A DNA stretch of 64,000 nt from Candidatus Fervidifonticultor secundus (GCA_031459385.1 JAVKIP010000006.1:101715-165714), one strand, 5' to 3'; positions 37,089-47,423 are shown, counted from the first letter of the stretch. A program made the numbers and translations. The notes: generated by a model not told the origin, from the sequence alone.

Positions 37089-37834
37089 CCCACCCGCCAG
37101 CGCAGCAGGCCGCGCTCCAGTCGCTGCAACAGTCCCAGCGTCCCGACCGAGAGCAGGATGATCATGGCCACGGCGGCAAAGAGGCGGTCGTACTGGAAGA
37201 CGGCCGCTGCGGTCATCATGACCTTGCCCACCCCGAAGGGCGAGAGGAGCAGCTCGGCGATGACAAGGCCGATGAAGGCTCGGGACAGCCCGTAGCGCAC
37301 GCCGGCCAGGATCAGCGGGAGGCTGCCCGGCAGGATCACCCTGCGGAACAGCTGCACGGGCGTGGCCTGGAACGCGCGGGCCATCTCCACCAGGCGCGGC
37401 GGCACCTCGCGCACGCCCCCGTAGGCGTTCATCGCGACGAACGGCATGCTGAAGACGAAGACCACCGCCGCCGCCGAGCGGACGTTGATCCCGAAGGTCA
37501 GGATCACGAGCGGGATCAGCGCGGCGGAGGGCAGGGCGATGAGCAGCTCCAGGTACAGGCCCGCCACGCGCCCTACAGGCCGGACCATACCCATCACCAG
37601 GCCCAGAGGAATCCCCACCGCCACCGCCGCGGCGAGCCCTATCAGCAGGCCCTGGCCGCTGACCAGGAGCGCGGCCGGCAGCTCCCCCGAGCGCAGCAAC
37701 TCCGCCCCCGCCCGCACCGTGGCGCCGAAGGTGGGAAAGGCGAACGTGATGCGGGCCCGCCCGGCCCACTCCCAGGCGGCCAGGAACGCCGCGATGGAGG
37801 CGCCGCGCAGGACGTAGGGCAGGGCCCGCGCCAT
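37085..37834 (-). CDS. NitT/TauT family ABC permease
   Basis: LVEMARAFQA, ILPGSLPLILAG. Confidence 0.88.
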   Translation of the reverse strand: MARALPYVLRGASIAAFLAAWEWAGRARITFAFPTFGATVRAGAELLRSGELPAALLVSGQGLLIGLAAAVAVGIPLGLVMGMVRPVGRVAGLYLELLIALPSAALIPLVILTFGINVRSAAAVVFVFSMPFVAMNAYGGVREVPPRLVEMARAFQATPVQLFRRVILPGSLPLILAGVRYGLSRAFIGLVIAELLLSPFGVGKVMMTAAAVFQYDRLFAAVAMIILLSVGTLGLLQRLERGLLRWRVG

Positions 37835-37843
37835 GCCCCGGCG

Positions 37844-38851
37844 CTACCTCGTCTTCCCCAGTTCGCCCAGCAGCCGCTCCAGCGAATCGGTGTCGAAGAA
37901 CTGCGTGCGCCGCCACCGCAGGGCAGGGCCGGTCAGGTTCTTCGTCGCCACCTGGAACTGGATGTTGCTGATGGCGCCCGCGCCGGTCATGCGGTCGATG
38001 CCGCCGTTGGGGTCGAAGACGCGCACCAGCGCGGCCAGCTGGCGCTCGAGCTGCTCGCGCGGCACCTGCGGGAAGAACTCCGCGCCCTCGGTGGCCCAGA
38101 ACGCGGGGCTGGCGATCCCGCGCCGGTACGACTCCAGCAGCCGGCGCAGGACCTGCCGGATGAGCGGCTGGTTCCCCTCGATGAAGTCCTGCCGGGCGAT
38201 GAGAAAGCTGCTGCTCACGGGGATGCGCGTCAGGTCGATCAGGATGTGGAACCGCCCGGGCGCCCGGTCCAGCACGACCTGCGCCGCGGTGAGGTCGACG
38301 GCGGCGGCGTCCACAGCGCCGCGGAGGATGGCCTCCGCGCGGGCCGGCGACCCTTCGGGCATAAACACGATCGTTGGCGTCACCCCGGGGTGGTCGAGGA
38401 GGAAGAACTCCAGCAGGGCCTGGACCGTGGCCCCGGGCGAGTGCGACGCCAGGCGCACGCCGGTCAGACCCGCCACCGCAGTGATCTCGCGCCGGGCCAC
38501 GACGACGAACTCGGGCTTCGAGAGCTCGAACAGCGCCCGTACGGGCGCGCCCTTCTCCACCGCAGGGTAGAACGCCGCGAAGCCGGTGCCGAACTGCCCC
38601 TGCCGCTCGGCAGTGGCCAGCACGACGGCCTCCGGCGTGCGCAGGTCCCTGACCTCGAAGGCCAGCCCGTCCTGCCGCAGCAGCTTGAACCCAACCAGCA
38701 GCGGCAGGTTCACAACCCGCGTGACTGTCGAGAGCAGCGTGACGCGCGCAGGTGCAGCCGTCACCTCCTGGCCGGACAGCGCCGCGACCGCCAGGCCGAG
38801 CCCCGCCGCCAGGACTGCGAGCGCTCGCCACCGGTACCTCCGCATGTCCAT
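37844..38851 (-). CDS. NitT/TauT family substrate-binding protein
   Basis: GGAGGAGG RBS, signal peptide, RAEAILRGAVDAA. Confidence 0.8.
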   Translation of the reverse strand: MDMRRYRWRALAVLAAGLGLAVAALSGQEVTAAPARVTLLSTVTRVVNLPLLVGFKLLRQDGLAFEVRDLRTPEAVVLATAERQGQFGTGFAAFYPAVEKGAPVRALFELSKPEFVVVARREITAVAGLTGVRLASHSPGATVQALLEFFLLDHPGVTPTIVFMPEGSPARAEAILRGAVDAAAVDLTAAQVVLDRAPGRFHILIDLTRIPVSSSFLIARQDFIEGNQPLIRQVLRRLLESYRRGIASPAFWATEGAEFFPQVPREQLERQLAALVRVFDPNGGIDRMTGAGAISNIQFQVATKNLTGPALRWRRTQFFDTDSLERLLGELGKTR

Positions 38852-38898
38852 CCCTCCTCCGCCCGTCCATGGGGGCGCCGTTGTCGCCACCGGCCGCC

Positions 38899-39993
38899 TC
38901 ACGGCCGGTAGATCACCCCCGCGTCCGGCAGGCGCTCGACGACGCCAGCCTCGACTGCGAGCCTGAACATCTGCTCGATCGCTCCCCGCTCCCGGCCCCA
39001 AGCCGGGTAGACCTCGAACTGCAGGCGGCGGTAGAGCACCGCCTCCTTGAAGGCGCCGGCCGGGAGCCCCGTGGTGCGGGCGACGATGCGGTCCGCTTCG
39101 TCGAGGTTCGTGCGGACGAACTCCTGGAACCCGGTGAGCATCTTCACGACGGCGTCTACCTGGGCCGGCGCCCGGCGCACCACGTCGTCCCGTATCCAGA
39201 CGATGAGCTCCCACCCGTCGTTGCCCGTCATCTCGCGCCAGGCGCGCCGGCCGTTGAAGATGATGCGGTAGGCGGTGCTGTCCCGCATCGCCAGGGTGGC
39301 GACGGGCTCGATGAGCATCGCCGCGTCCACCCGGCCGGCGGCCAGCTGTGCCCGGGCCAGCGGGAACGGGGCCTGCACGATCGTGACGTCCCGGCGCAGG
39401 TCCAGGCCCTTCCAGCGGGCGTAGATCGCGAGCAGCAGGAACTGCTGCGAGCCCATGTCGGCGGCGAGCGTCCGGCCCTTCAGGTCGGTGACACCGCGGA
39501 GCTCCGGATGCCGCGCGATCAGGACCAGGTCGCTCGGCCGGATGAGCGTGGCCACCGCTCGAACCGGCACCCCCTCGAGGCGCATCCGCTGCAGGACGTT
39601 CGGGCCGCCGCCCAGCATATCGACTTCCCCCGTGGCGATCGCGGCGTAGTACGCCGAGATGGTGGCGTAAGGGACGTTCTCCAGCTCCAGGCCGTGCGCC
39701 CGGTCGATGCCGGCTTCGCGGATGACGGCGCCCACGAAGGTGCTGATGGCCGGAAACGACAGGACGGCCATGCGCAGCCGCGGCCGCTGCGCCGCGACCG
39801 TCTGGGGACCCGCGAGACCGCTCGCGACCAGCGCTGCCAGCCCGACCAGCAGCGCCACCACGCCCGCGCGGCTCAGCCAGCCTGCCCGCAGCGCAACAGT
39901 GCCCGCCCGGCCCAATCCCCCGGCCCGCGGCGCCCCGCGGCGCGCGGTGGTCCCCTGGACCCGCTGTGCGCCATCCGCTCGCTGCATCGTCAC
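38899..39993 (-). CDS. NitT/TauT family substrate-binding protein
   Basis: DLKGRTLAADMGS, LAAGRVDAAM; paralog of 41659..42642. Confidence 0.82.
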   Translation of the reverse strand: MTMQRADGAQRVQGTTARRGAPRAGGLGRAGTVALRAGWLSRAGVVALLVGLAALVASGLAGPQTVAAQRPRLRMAVLSFPAISTFVGAVIREAGIDRAHGLELENVPYATISAYYAAIATGEVDMLGGGPNVLQRMRLEGVPVRAVATLIRPSDLVLIARHPELRGVTDLKGRTLAADMGSQQFLLLAIYARWKGLDLRRDVTIVQAPFPLARAQLAAGRVDAAMLIEPVATLAMRDSTAYRIIFNGRRAWREMTGNDGWELIVWIRDDVVRRAPAQVDAVVKMLTGFQEFVRTNLDEADRIVARTTGLPAGAFKEAVLYRRLQFEVYPAWGRERGAIEQMFRLAVEAGVVERLPDAGVIYRP

Positions 39994-40826
39994 CCCGACA
40001 GGCCTCCTTCGCTACCCCCGGGCGCCCGGCCCAGGTTCAGCATGCCCTGAATGCGCTCCCGGGCGGCCGCCCGGTCCCCGCCGGCCAGCGCATCGGGGCG
40101 CACGTCGGCTAGCACCGTCGCCGGGCGGCCAAAGACCAGCACCCGCTCTCCTACCGCCAGCGCCTCCTCGATCTGGTGGGTGACGAGGAAGACCGTCTTG
40201 CCCTCGGCGCGTGCCAGGCTCAGGAAGTCCTGCCGGATCTGGGCCGAGGTGACCTCGTCGAGATGGCCGAACGCCTCGTCCGCCACCAGGATCTCGGGAT
40301 TCACGGCGAAGGCCCGGGCCAACGCCACGCGCTGGCGCATCCCGCCGGAGAGCTCGCCCGGGAACGCACCCAGGAACTGTCCGAGGCCCAGGCGGTCGAG
40401 CCAGGCCTCCGCTACCTCCCGCCGCCGCCCGGGCTCGACGCCCAGGATCTCCAGCCCCAGCTCGACGTTGTGGAGCACCGTCCGCCAGGGCAGCAGCCGG
40501 TCCTGCTGGAAGACCGCGGCGATGCGCCCGCGGAACGCCGCGAAATCCCCGTAGGGCGTCAGGCCGTCGATCTCCACCGCGCCCGCCGAGGGCCACTCCA
40601 GGCCGATGAGGATGTGGAGGAAGGTCGACTTGCCACAGCCGGTCCGCCCGACGATGGCGACGACCTCACCCTGCCGCACCGTGAAGTCCAAGCGGTCGAT
40701 GGCCACGACCTGGACCCCGGTGCCCTTCTGGCGGTAGACCTTGCGCAGGCCCCGCACGTGGATCTCCCCGGTGCGGCCCCTCCCCCCGGGGTCGCGCGCC
40801 GCGCCGGGCGCAGCGGCCTGCGTCAC
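39990..40826 (-). CDS. NitT/TauT family ABC ATP-binding protein
   Basis: GRTGCGKST, LSGGMRQR, VADEAF. Confidence 0.9.
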   Translation of the reverse strand: MTQAAAPGAARDPGGRGRTGEIHVRGLRKVYRQKGTGVQVVAIDRLDFTVRQGEVVAIVGRTGCGKSTFLHILIGLEWPSAGAVEIDGLTPYGDFAAFRGRIAAVFQQDRLLPWRTVLHNVELGLEILGVEPGRRREVAEAWLDRLGLGQFLGAFPGELSGGMRQRVALARAFAVNPEILVADEAFGHLDEVTSAQIRQDFLSLARAEGKTVFLVTHQIEEALAVGERVLVFGRPATVLADVRPDALAGGDRAAARERIQGMLNLGRAPGGSEGGLSG

Positions 40827-41614
40827 TCTCTCCACAGCAGCGCCCGGCGCTCGATCTGCCCCACGACCACCTGGGTCGCCAGCAAGATCAGGACGAGCAC
40901 CACTGTCCAGGCGAAGACGTCCGCCACCGAGAACAGCTCCTGGGCGATCACCAGCCCGTACCCGATGCCCGTCGTGGCACCGACGAGCTCGGCCATCGTC
41001 ACCACCCTGATCGCCAGGCTGAGGTTGATCTTCCAGGAGGTCAGGATCGCGGGCACCACCGCCGGCAGGATGAGCTTGGCGAAGAACTGCGCCCGCGTGG
41101 GGCGGAACGCGCGCAGCATCTCCCGCAGGTCCTTGCTCACGCCGCGCATCGCGTCCAGCACGTCGATCAGGAAGATCGGCGCGCACACCACCACCAGCAC
41201 GAACGCGATGCGCACCTCGACGCCCCGGAACCACAGGACCGCGAACAGGATCCAGCAGACCACCGGTACCGCCATCACCAGCCGGACGAGCGGGAGGACG
41301 TAGCGCTCGACCACCTGCCACTGGTACATGAGGATCGCGGCCAGGATCCCCAGACCGAACGAGATGACCAGCGCCAGGGCCACCCGGGCTACGGTGACCG
41401 TGACGAACTCCATGCGCAGGCCCAGCAGCGCGCGCCAGATGCGCGGCCACGACGGCACGACGTACGGCGGCAGGAAGATCGAGGCGACCTGCCACGCCAG
41501 GGCGAACAGCAGCAGCGCCACGATCGTCTCGCGCGGGAAGCGCCCCGCCCGAGGGACCTGCGCCTCGACGGCCTCTACGGCTTCGGTCTGCGCCACTGCT
41601 CCGGATCGCTGCAT
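40823..41614 (-). CDS. NitT/TauT family ABC permease
   Basis: Hydrophobic; ILPAVVPAIL, AELVGATTGIG. Confidence 0.88.
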   Translation of the reverse strand: MQRSGAVAQTEAVEAVEAQVPRAGRFPRETIVALLLFALAWQVASIFLPPYVVPSWPRIWRALLGLRMEFVTVTVARVALALVISFGLGILAAILMYQWQVVERYVLPLVRLVMAVPVVCWILFAVLWFRGVEVRIAFVLVVVCAPIFLIDVLDAMRGVSKDLREMLRAFRPTRAQFFAKLILPAVVPAILTSWKINLSLAIRVVTMAELVGATTGIGYGLVIAQELFSVADVFAWTVVLVLILLATQVVVGQIERRALLWRE

Positions 41615-41658
41615 CGGCGTCCCGCCACTGGCCCTGCGCGCCGGTCAGCCCGCGCGGC

Positions 41659-42642
41659 TCAACGCGGGGGCTGGTAGATGATCCCCGGGTCGGGCAGGCG
41701 GGGCAGGATCCCCTGGTCGACCGCGGCCTGGAACATCTCCTGCAGCGACGCGCGCACCGCGGGCGTCCAGGCGGGCCGGACGTCGTAGACGATGCGGCGG
41801 AAGAGCACGGCCTCCTTCACGAGCCCCGCAGGCAGCCCCACGCTCTGGGCGACGGTGCGGTCCGCGTCGTCCAGGTTCGTGCGCAGGAACCGCTGCCCGT
41901 CCTGCAGCGCCGCCAGCAACCGCGTCACGGCCTCGGGGGTGCGCCGGCTTACGTCTTCGCGCATCCCCACCACCAGTTCCCACCCGTCCTTGCCCGTCAG
42001 CTCGCGCCACGCCGCGCGGCCGTTGAGGATGATCCGGTAGTCGGTGCTGTCGCGCAGGGTCAGCGTGGCGGTCGGCTCCCACGTCATGGCGGCGTCTACG
42101 CGCCCTGCGGCCAGTTGCGCGCGGGCGAGCGGCGGCCCGGCCTGCACCACGGTCACGTCGCGGCGGATGTCGAGCCCCTTGCTCTTGGCGTAGATCGCCA
42201 GGATCTGGAACTCCGAGGAGCCCATGTCGGCCGCCAGGGTCCTGCCGCGCAGGTCGGCGATCGTCTGCACCTGCGGGTTCCGGGAGATGACCACCATGGC
42301 CGCCAGGCCCACGTAGGACGCGACGATCTGGATCGGCGCGCCCTCCAGGCGTAGGCGCTGGTAGACGTGCGGCCCGCCGACCCCCGCGTCCGTCTCGCCG
42401 GTCGCCTGCGCCGCGTAGAAGGCCGAGACGGCGCTGTACGAGACCGGCTCCAGGTCGAGGCCGTTCTTCCGGTCCAGCCCCGCGGCCTTGACGACATCCA
42501 CCATGACGGTGACCAGCGACGGGAACGCCAGCCGGGCCATCCGCACCCGAATCAGCTCGGGGGGTGGAGCCGCCCTGCCCGCGCCGCCGGCGGCGGTCAC
42601 GACCAGCAGCGTCGCGGCCAGCACCATGCACGTCCGCCTCAT
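41659..42642 (-). CDS. NitT/TauT family substrate-binding protein
   Basis: Signal peptide; DLRGRTLAADMGS, LAAGRVDAAM. Confidence 0.85.
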   Translation of the reverse strand: MRRTCMVLAATLLVVTAAGGAGRAAPPPELIRVRMARLAFPSLVTVMVDVVKAAGLDRKNGLDLEPVSYSAVSAFYAAQATGETDAGVGGPHVYQRLRLEGAPIQIVASYVGLAAMVVISRNPQVQTIADLRGRTLAADMGSSEFQILAIYAKSKGLDIRRDVTVVQAGPPLARAQLAAGRVDAAMTWEPTATLTLRDSTDYRIILNGRAAWRELTGKDGWELVVGMREDVSRRTPEAVTRLLAALQDGQRFLRTNLDDADRTVAQSVGLPAGLVKEAVLFRRIVYDVRPAWTPAVRASLQEMFQAAVDQGILPRLPDPGIIYQPPR

Positions 42643-42671
42643 GCCGGTCCCTCCTCCACGTTCGCCCGCCC

Positions 42672-43934
42672 TCACACCGCCCCGGCAGCACCCCAGCGGT
42701 GCTCGACCCGCCAGGTCCACGCCGTCAGAATGCGGCCGTCCTTCAGCACGTACGCCGGCGGCTGCTGAAGCCGCAGGACTTCCCGGACGCTCGGAGCGCG
42801 CCACACGTTCAGGTCGGCGCGGTCGCCCGGCGCGCAGCCGTAGCCGTCGCGCCGCAGCGCTCGTGCCGCGTTCGTGGTCACCATATCGAAGCAGCGCTCG
42901 ATCTCGTCGGGGTACGTCAGGTGCGCGGTGTGCGCCATGAACAGCGCGACCTCCGCCTGGCTGTTGCGGCCGAAGGGGTAGTAGGGGTCGTTGACGTCGT
43001 CCTGCCCGGAGGCGACGTTCACGCCGGCGGCGAGCAGCTCCCGCACCCGGGTGATGCCGCGCCGGACCGGCTCCCGGTCGCGCCGGCCGGCCAGCACCAG
43101 GCTGATGTGGGGGTTGCTGCAGATGGTGATGCCGGCCTCGGCGACCATGCCGATGACCTTGGCGGCGTACGTGTCGTTGTACGCTGCCAGCGCCCCGCAG
43201 TGGCTGGCGGTGACGCGGCCCCGGTAACCGGCCTCCAGCGTCTTCACCGCCAGGTACTCCAGGCTGCGGGCATTGGGGTCGTCGGTGTCGTCGACCAGCA
43301 TGTGGATGTCGGCGTCGGCGGCCTGCGCGATCTCGAAGACGACGTCGATGTGGCGCCGCATCTGCTCGTCGGTGCGCTCGTACCACGGGAGGCCGCCGAC
43401 CACATCAGCCCCCAGGGCCATCGCCTCGCGCAGCAGCCGGTCGGTCCCGGGGTCGCGGATGATCCCCTCCTGCGGGAAAGCCACCACCTGGATCTCCGCG
43501 ACGCCCCCATAGCGCTCCCGCAGGGCCAGCAGGCCGCGGACCGCCCGCAGCCCCGTGATGCTGTCCACGTCGGCGAAGGCCCGCAGGATCGTGGTGCCGT
43601 ACGCGACCGCGGCCTCCACCACCGGCCCCGCCCGGCCGACGATGTCGTCGTCGGTATACGCCCGCTTGAAGTCCCAGGTGATCTGGATCGCTTCCTGCAG
43701 CGTCTGGGAGACGTTCGGTCGCATCACGTCGCCCAGCATGGTCTTGTCCAGGTGAACGTGGGGGTTGACGAACGTGGGCGTGACGAGGCCGCCGGCGGCG
43801 TCGATCTCTTCGCGCCCGCGTTCGTCTGTGGTCGGGGCGACCGCGGCGATCCGCCCGCCGGCCAGGCCCACGTCCCACAGACCTTCCCGGCCCCGCAGCC
43901 GCGCCCGGCGAATCACCAGGTCGATGGCCACCAC
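42672..43934 (-). CDS. Cytosine deaminase (CodA)-like metal-dependent deaminase
   Basis: NPHVHLDK, QVVAFPQEG, DIHMLVDDTDDP, RVTASH, GQDDVNDPYYPFG. Confidence 0.88.
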   Translation of the reverse strand: MVAIDLVIRRARLRGREGLWDVGLAGGRIAAVAPTTDERGREEIDAAGGLVTPTFVNPHVHLDKTMLGDVMRPNVSQTLQEAIQITWDFKRAYTDDDIVGRAGPVVEAAVAYGTTILRAFADVDSITGLRAVRGLLALRERYGGVAEIQVVAFPQEGIIRDPGTDRLLREAMALGADVVGGLPWYERTDEQMRRHIDVVFEIAQAADADIHMLVDDTDDPNARSLEYLAVKTLEAGYRGRVTASHCGALAAYNDTYAAKVIGMVAEAGITICSNPHISLVLAGRRDREPVRRGITRVRELLAAGVNVASGQDDVNDPYYPFGRNSQAEVALFMAHTAHLTYPDEIERCFDMVTTNAARALRRDGYGCAPGDRADLNVWRAPSVREVLRLQQPPAYVLKDGRILTAWTWRVEHRWGAAGAV

Positions 43935-43987
43935 CTCCGCATCCCGCCGCTCCCGGCGCTGCGCCGCCCGCCCACCCCTCGCCCGGT

Positions 43988-45289
43988 TCAGCCCGCGCGT
44001 CCTGCCGCCGGGCGCGGCTGGGTGCACACGTCCAGCGCGATCAGCGCGTAGGCCCGGGCCGCCCGCACCAGGTCGTCGACGTGCATGGCGAGCTGCCCGC
44101 CGCCCACGCTCGGCCCGGGGCCGTACATCGCCGACGGGATCCCCGCCGCGTTGAAGACGTTGATGTCGCGCCACATGCTGGTGTACGGCGCGGCAGCCAG
44201 CGCCGGCCGGCCGCCGATCACCTGCCCGTGCGCGCGAGCGATGGCCTCCACCAGCGGCTCGACCCCCCGCCCTTCATAGCCGCGCCGGTACACGTACAGC
44301 TCCACGGCTCCGGGCACCCCCGCCTTCCGCAGCACGTCCTCCAGCTCCTCCTGCACGTCGAGGGGGTCCTGGACCGGCGTGATGCGGACATCCACGTAGA
44401 GCGTGCAGACGCCCACGGTCTTCGTGATCTTCCACGGCACGCCGCCGCGGATGGCGCCGATGTTGACCTTGGGGACCACGGTCCCGCCAGGCGACTCGTA
44501 GCGATGCCGGCGCTCGTACTCGGCGGCCCAGGCCTCCAGCCGCTCGATCACCCGCGCGGCCCGCACGATGGCGCTCGGGCTCTCCTCCAGCGGGGTCGGG
44601 CGCGGGATGTAGGGCGTGTAGAGGGGGAAGTCGCCGCCCTGCACGGTGACCTTGAAGAAGGCCTTTCCCGCCTCGACCCAGCCCACCGCGAAGTCCGTGC
44701 CCTCGGCGACCAGGGCGAAGTCCGCGACGGTGCCGTGCTCGACCAGGTAGCGCGCTCCGGTCTCCTTGGCCAGGTAGTGCGGGGCCGTGAACTCGTCGAC
44801 GGGTTCCTGCCCGATCTCGCCCGCCACCATGGTCAGGATCAGGTCGCCGCGCAGGGACACGCCGCTTTCGTGAATCGCCTTGGCTGCGATCAGCCAGGAC
44901 GCCATGGGCCCCTTGTTGTTGCAGACCCCGTTCCCGATCAGGTAGTCCCCCTCGCGCCAGCCGCTGTGGAAGATGGGATCGGCGGCGCGCGGGGTCACCC
45001 AGGTCTCGTCCCTGGCGACGGTCGTGTCCATGTGGCTGTTGAGGATCAGGCTGCGCCCGCCGCCCGTGCCCCGAAGGCGCGCCACGACGTTCGGGCGCTC
45101 GGGCAGCAGCGCCACCTTGCGGGGGGCGAGGCCCCAGGCGGTGAGCGTGTCGACCAAAAAGTCGGCCACCGGGCCTTCCTGGCCCGTGGGGCTGTCGATG
45201 TTGGCCAGGTCCAGCGCCAGCGTCACCAGCTCCTCGCGGTCGACGCGGGCCAGCACACCCTCGGCTTCCGCCGCAGAGATCACGCTCAT
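43988..45289 (-). CDS. M20 family metallopeptidase/amidohydrolase (ArgE/DapE-like)
   Basis: LILNSHMDT, GNGVCNNKG, AGEIG, MYGPG. Confidence 0.85.
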   Translation of the reverse strand: MSVISAAEAEGVLARVDREELVTLALDLANIDSPTGQEGPVADFLVDTLTAWGLAPRKVALLPERPNVVARLRGTGGGRSLILNSHMDTTVARDETWVTPRAADPIFHSGWREGDYLIGNGVCNNKGPMASWLIAAKAIHESGVSLRGDLILTMVAGEIGQEPVDEFTAPHYLAKETGARYLVEHGTVADFALVAEGTDFAVGWVEAGKAFFKVTVQGGDFPLYTPYIPRPTPLEESPSAIVRAARVIERLEAWAAEYERRHRYESPGGTVVPKVNIGAIRGGVPWKITKTVGVCTLYVDVRITPVQDPLDVQEELEDVLRKAGVPGAVELYVYRRGYEGRGVEPLVEAIARAHGQVIGGRPALAAAPYTSMWRDINVFNAAGIPSAMYGPGPSVGGGQLAMHVDDLVRAARAYALIALDVCTQPRPAAGRAG

Positions 45290-45558
45290 CGGCCTACCTC
45301 CTCGTCAGGAAGCGCCCTCGTCAGCAAGCGCCGCGGCCGGCGCTGGCGTCGGGACCCATGGACGTTCACCCAGATCGTGCGCGCGACGCGCCGACCCCGG
45401 TTCACGAACCGGTGCGGGACCGTGGAGTCCAGCGCCAGTGCGTCGCCCGGGCGGAGGCGGAAGACCGCGCCCCCCCAGCGTCGGTGACGGACCTCCCGGA
45501 TCCGCTGGCCGACGCGGCGGATAGTCCGCTCGATCTCTCCGGGGCGCGAGGCGGTCAC
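45286..45558 (-). pseudogene. Internally deleted XRE-cupin regulator
   Basis: VGQRIREVRHRR (start of an HTH_3 domain) joined directly to FRLRPGDALALDSTVPHRFVN (end of a cupin domain). Confidence 0.65.
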
Positions 45559-45741
45559 GAGCGCTGGTCTTTTTCAACCAGGCTGCAAACCCGTTCAACA
45601 GGGGTGTATGAACTCCTGCCGCCGGGGTGCCCCGGGCCCGTCTGTCCGCGGGGGCCCTCCCGCATCCCAGGGCGGGGTGCAGGACATCGCGTCTGGAACC
45701 GTCAATCCCTCCGTGGACGGCACATCCTCCAGGGGGCATCG

Positions 45742-46503
45742 ATGCGGCTCGTGGACCTCAGCCACCCCGTGACGATCCACTCGCCGGGGTGGGTCGGCTA
45801 TCCCGGCATGAAGCTGTGGTACCTGCAGACGCACCAGACGCACGGCATCGTCAGCCAGATGATCGAGACCCCGCTCCACCTCAGTACCCACCTGGACGCG
45901 CCCATGCACGGGATCTCCGGAGGCGCCGACGTGGCGTCGCTGCCGCTGGACCAGCTCGTGGGCCCCGCAGCCATAGCGGACGTCTCGGAGGTCGGGGAGT
46001 GGGGGATCTACACCCCCGAGCTGGTGATGCAGAAGGTGGACGTGCGCCCTGGCGACATCCTCGTGCTCCACACCGGCTGGCACCGGTATTACGCGGGCGC
46101 ACCGGAGGAGGACCTCGTCCGGTACTTCTGCAGGCACCCGGGGCCGGACCGCCGCTTCGCCGACTGGGTGGTGGAGATGCGGTTCCGCTGGATCGGTGTC
46201 GACTGCGGCTCCGCCGACCATCCCATGAATACCTCGATCCGCTGGAAGCGGCCGGACCTCGCCAGGGAGTACGAGCGGCGGTTCCGGGTGAGCGTCGAGG
46301 AGCGCTTCCCGGAGGAGTACCTGTTCGTCATGCACCACGAGCCGTTCCGGCGCGGCGTCGTGCACGCCGAGAACCTCGGCGGCGACCTGGCGCAGATCCT
46401 CAACCGGCGGTGCGTCGTGGGAGCGTTCCCGTGGAAGTTCGTGGGTGGCGAAGCGTCGATCTGCCGGATCGTGGCATTCCTGGACCTGGGGGACCGTCCG
46501 TGA
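45742..46503 (+). CDS. Cyclase family metal-dependent hydrolase (kynurenine formamidase-like)
   Basis: LVDLSHP, HLSTHLDAPMH, VLHTGW, GVDCGSADHP, AENL. Confidence 0.88.
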   Translation: MRLVDLSHPVTIHSPGWVGYPGMKLWYLQTHQTHGIVSQMIETPLHLSTHLDAPMHGISGGADVASLPLDQLVGPAAIADVSEVGEWGIYTPELVMQKVDVRPGDILVLHTGWHRYYAGAPEEDLVRYFCRHPGPDRRFADWVVEMRFRWIGVDCGSADHPMNTSIRWKRPDLAREYERRFRVSVEERFPEEYLFVMHHEPFRRGVVHAENLGGDLAQILNRRCVVGAFPWKFVGGEASICRIVAFLDLGDRP

Positions 46504-47321
46504 GCGCGATCCGGGTCGTCTGCCTCGACGATGCGGCCGTCGACCTGCCGCTGGCGACGGGCGGCGGCCGCGTGCGGGCGCTGCTGCGGCCCGAGGTCGG
46601 GGCCCGCGAGCGGGCGCTGCTGTACATCGAGCTGCCAGCGGCGGCGACCTCGGCCATCCTGCGCCATCCGGCCGAGGCGGCGTACTTCGTGGTCCGTGGG
46701 GCCGGCGCCGTCGTCGAGCGCGACCGGCCCGCGCGTCCGGTACGCGAGGCGCAGATGGTCTACGTGCCCGCGGGGCTCGCCTACCAGCTCGTGGGGCCGG
46801 CTGTCTTCGCCGGCGGGCCGTGCCCGCCCGACCCGGCCCTGGCGTCACCTCCGACACCGGCAGGCGCTGGAGACCCGACGCCGGATGCGGGTCCGGCGGG
46901 TGTCCCAGCGGGCGCGGGCGAGGACGCGCCGGGCGAGGGAGGCCCGTCGGCGGTGCGGATCTTCGACCCGATGCGCCACGGTGTCCCGATGCCCATGATC
47001 GCCCGACGGTCCTGGCTGGTCATCGGCCCCCACACGGGCGCCCGCTACGCCGTCATGAACCTGGTGGAACTCGAGCCGGGTGAGATGAACACGCCGCACG
47101 TCCACCCCGCCTCGGAGGACAGCCTGTTCGTCCTGCGCGGCTCGGGCTGGGCTCACAACCTGGACACCGGTGAGCGCCTGGCCCTGCATGCCGCGTGCGC
47201 GCTCGTGGTCCCCCCGGGCGTGCGGCATGCGGTGGAGGCGGGGCCGGCCGGGCTGCACAGCATCGGCGGCCCGGTGCCACCCGACGTGGGGATGCTCGAG
47301 GCGATGGGGCTGACGATGTAG
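46500..47321 (+). CDS. Two-domain cupin protein
   Basis: HPAEAAYFVVRG and PHVHPASEDSLFVLRGSG...PPGVRH, joined by a Pro/Ala/Gly linker. Confidence 0.8.
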   Translation: MSAIRVVCLDDAAVDLPLATGGGRVRALLRPEVGARERALLYIELPAAATSAILRHPAEAAYFVVRGAGAVVERDRPARPVREAQMVYVPAGLAYQLVGPAVFAGGPCPPDPALASPPTPAGAGDPTPDAGPAGVPAGAGEDAPGEGGPSAVRIFDPMRHGVPMPMIARRSWLVIGPHTGARYAVMNLVELEPGEMNTPHVHPASEDSLFVLRGSGWAHNLDTGERLALHAACALVVPPGVRHAVEAGPAGLHSIGGPVPPDVGMLEAMGLTM

Positions 47322-47423
47322 GCGCGCCGGTCCGACCGTGGCCGCAGCGGGCGGGCGCACGCGCCGCGGGCGGCGACAGCCACGCAGGCAGACACCGCTC
47401 GATCACGCACCCAGGAGGATGCC

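Noticed and set aside
31679..47400. tRNA-Ala as an integration site for a genomic island
   Set aside because: No integrase and no duplicated tRNA 3' end seen; composition matches the rest of the window.
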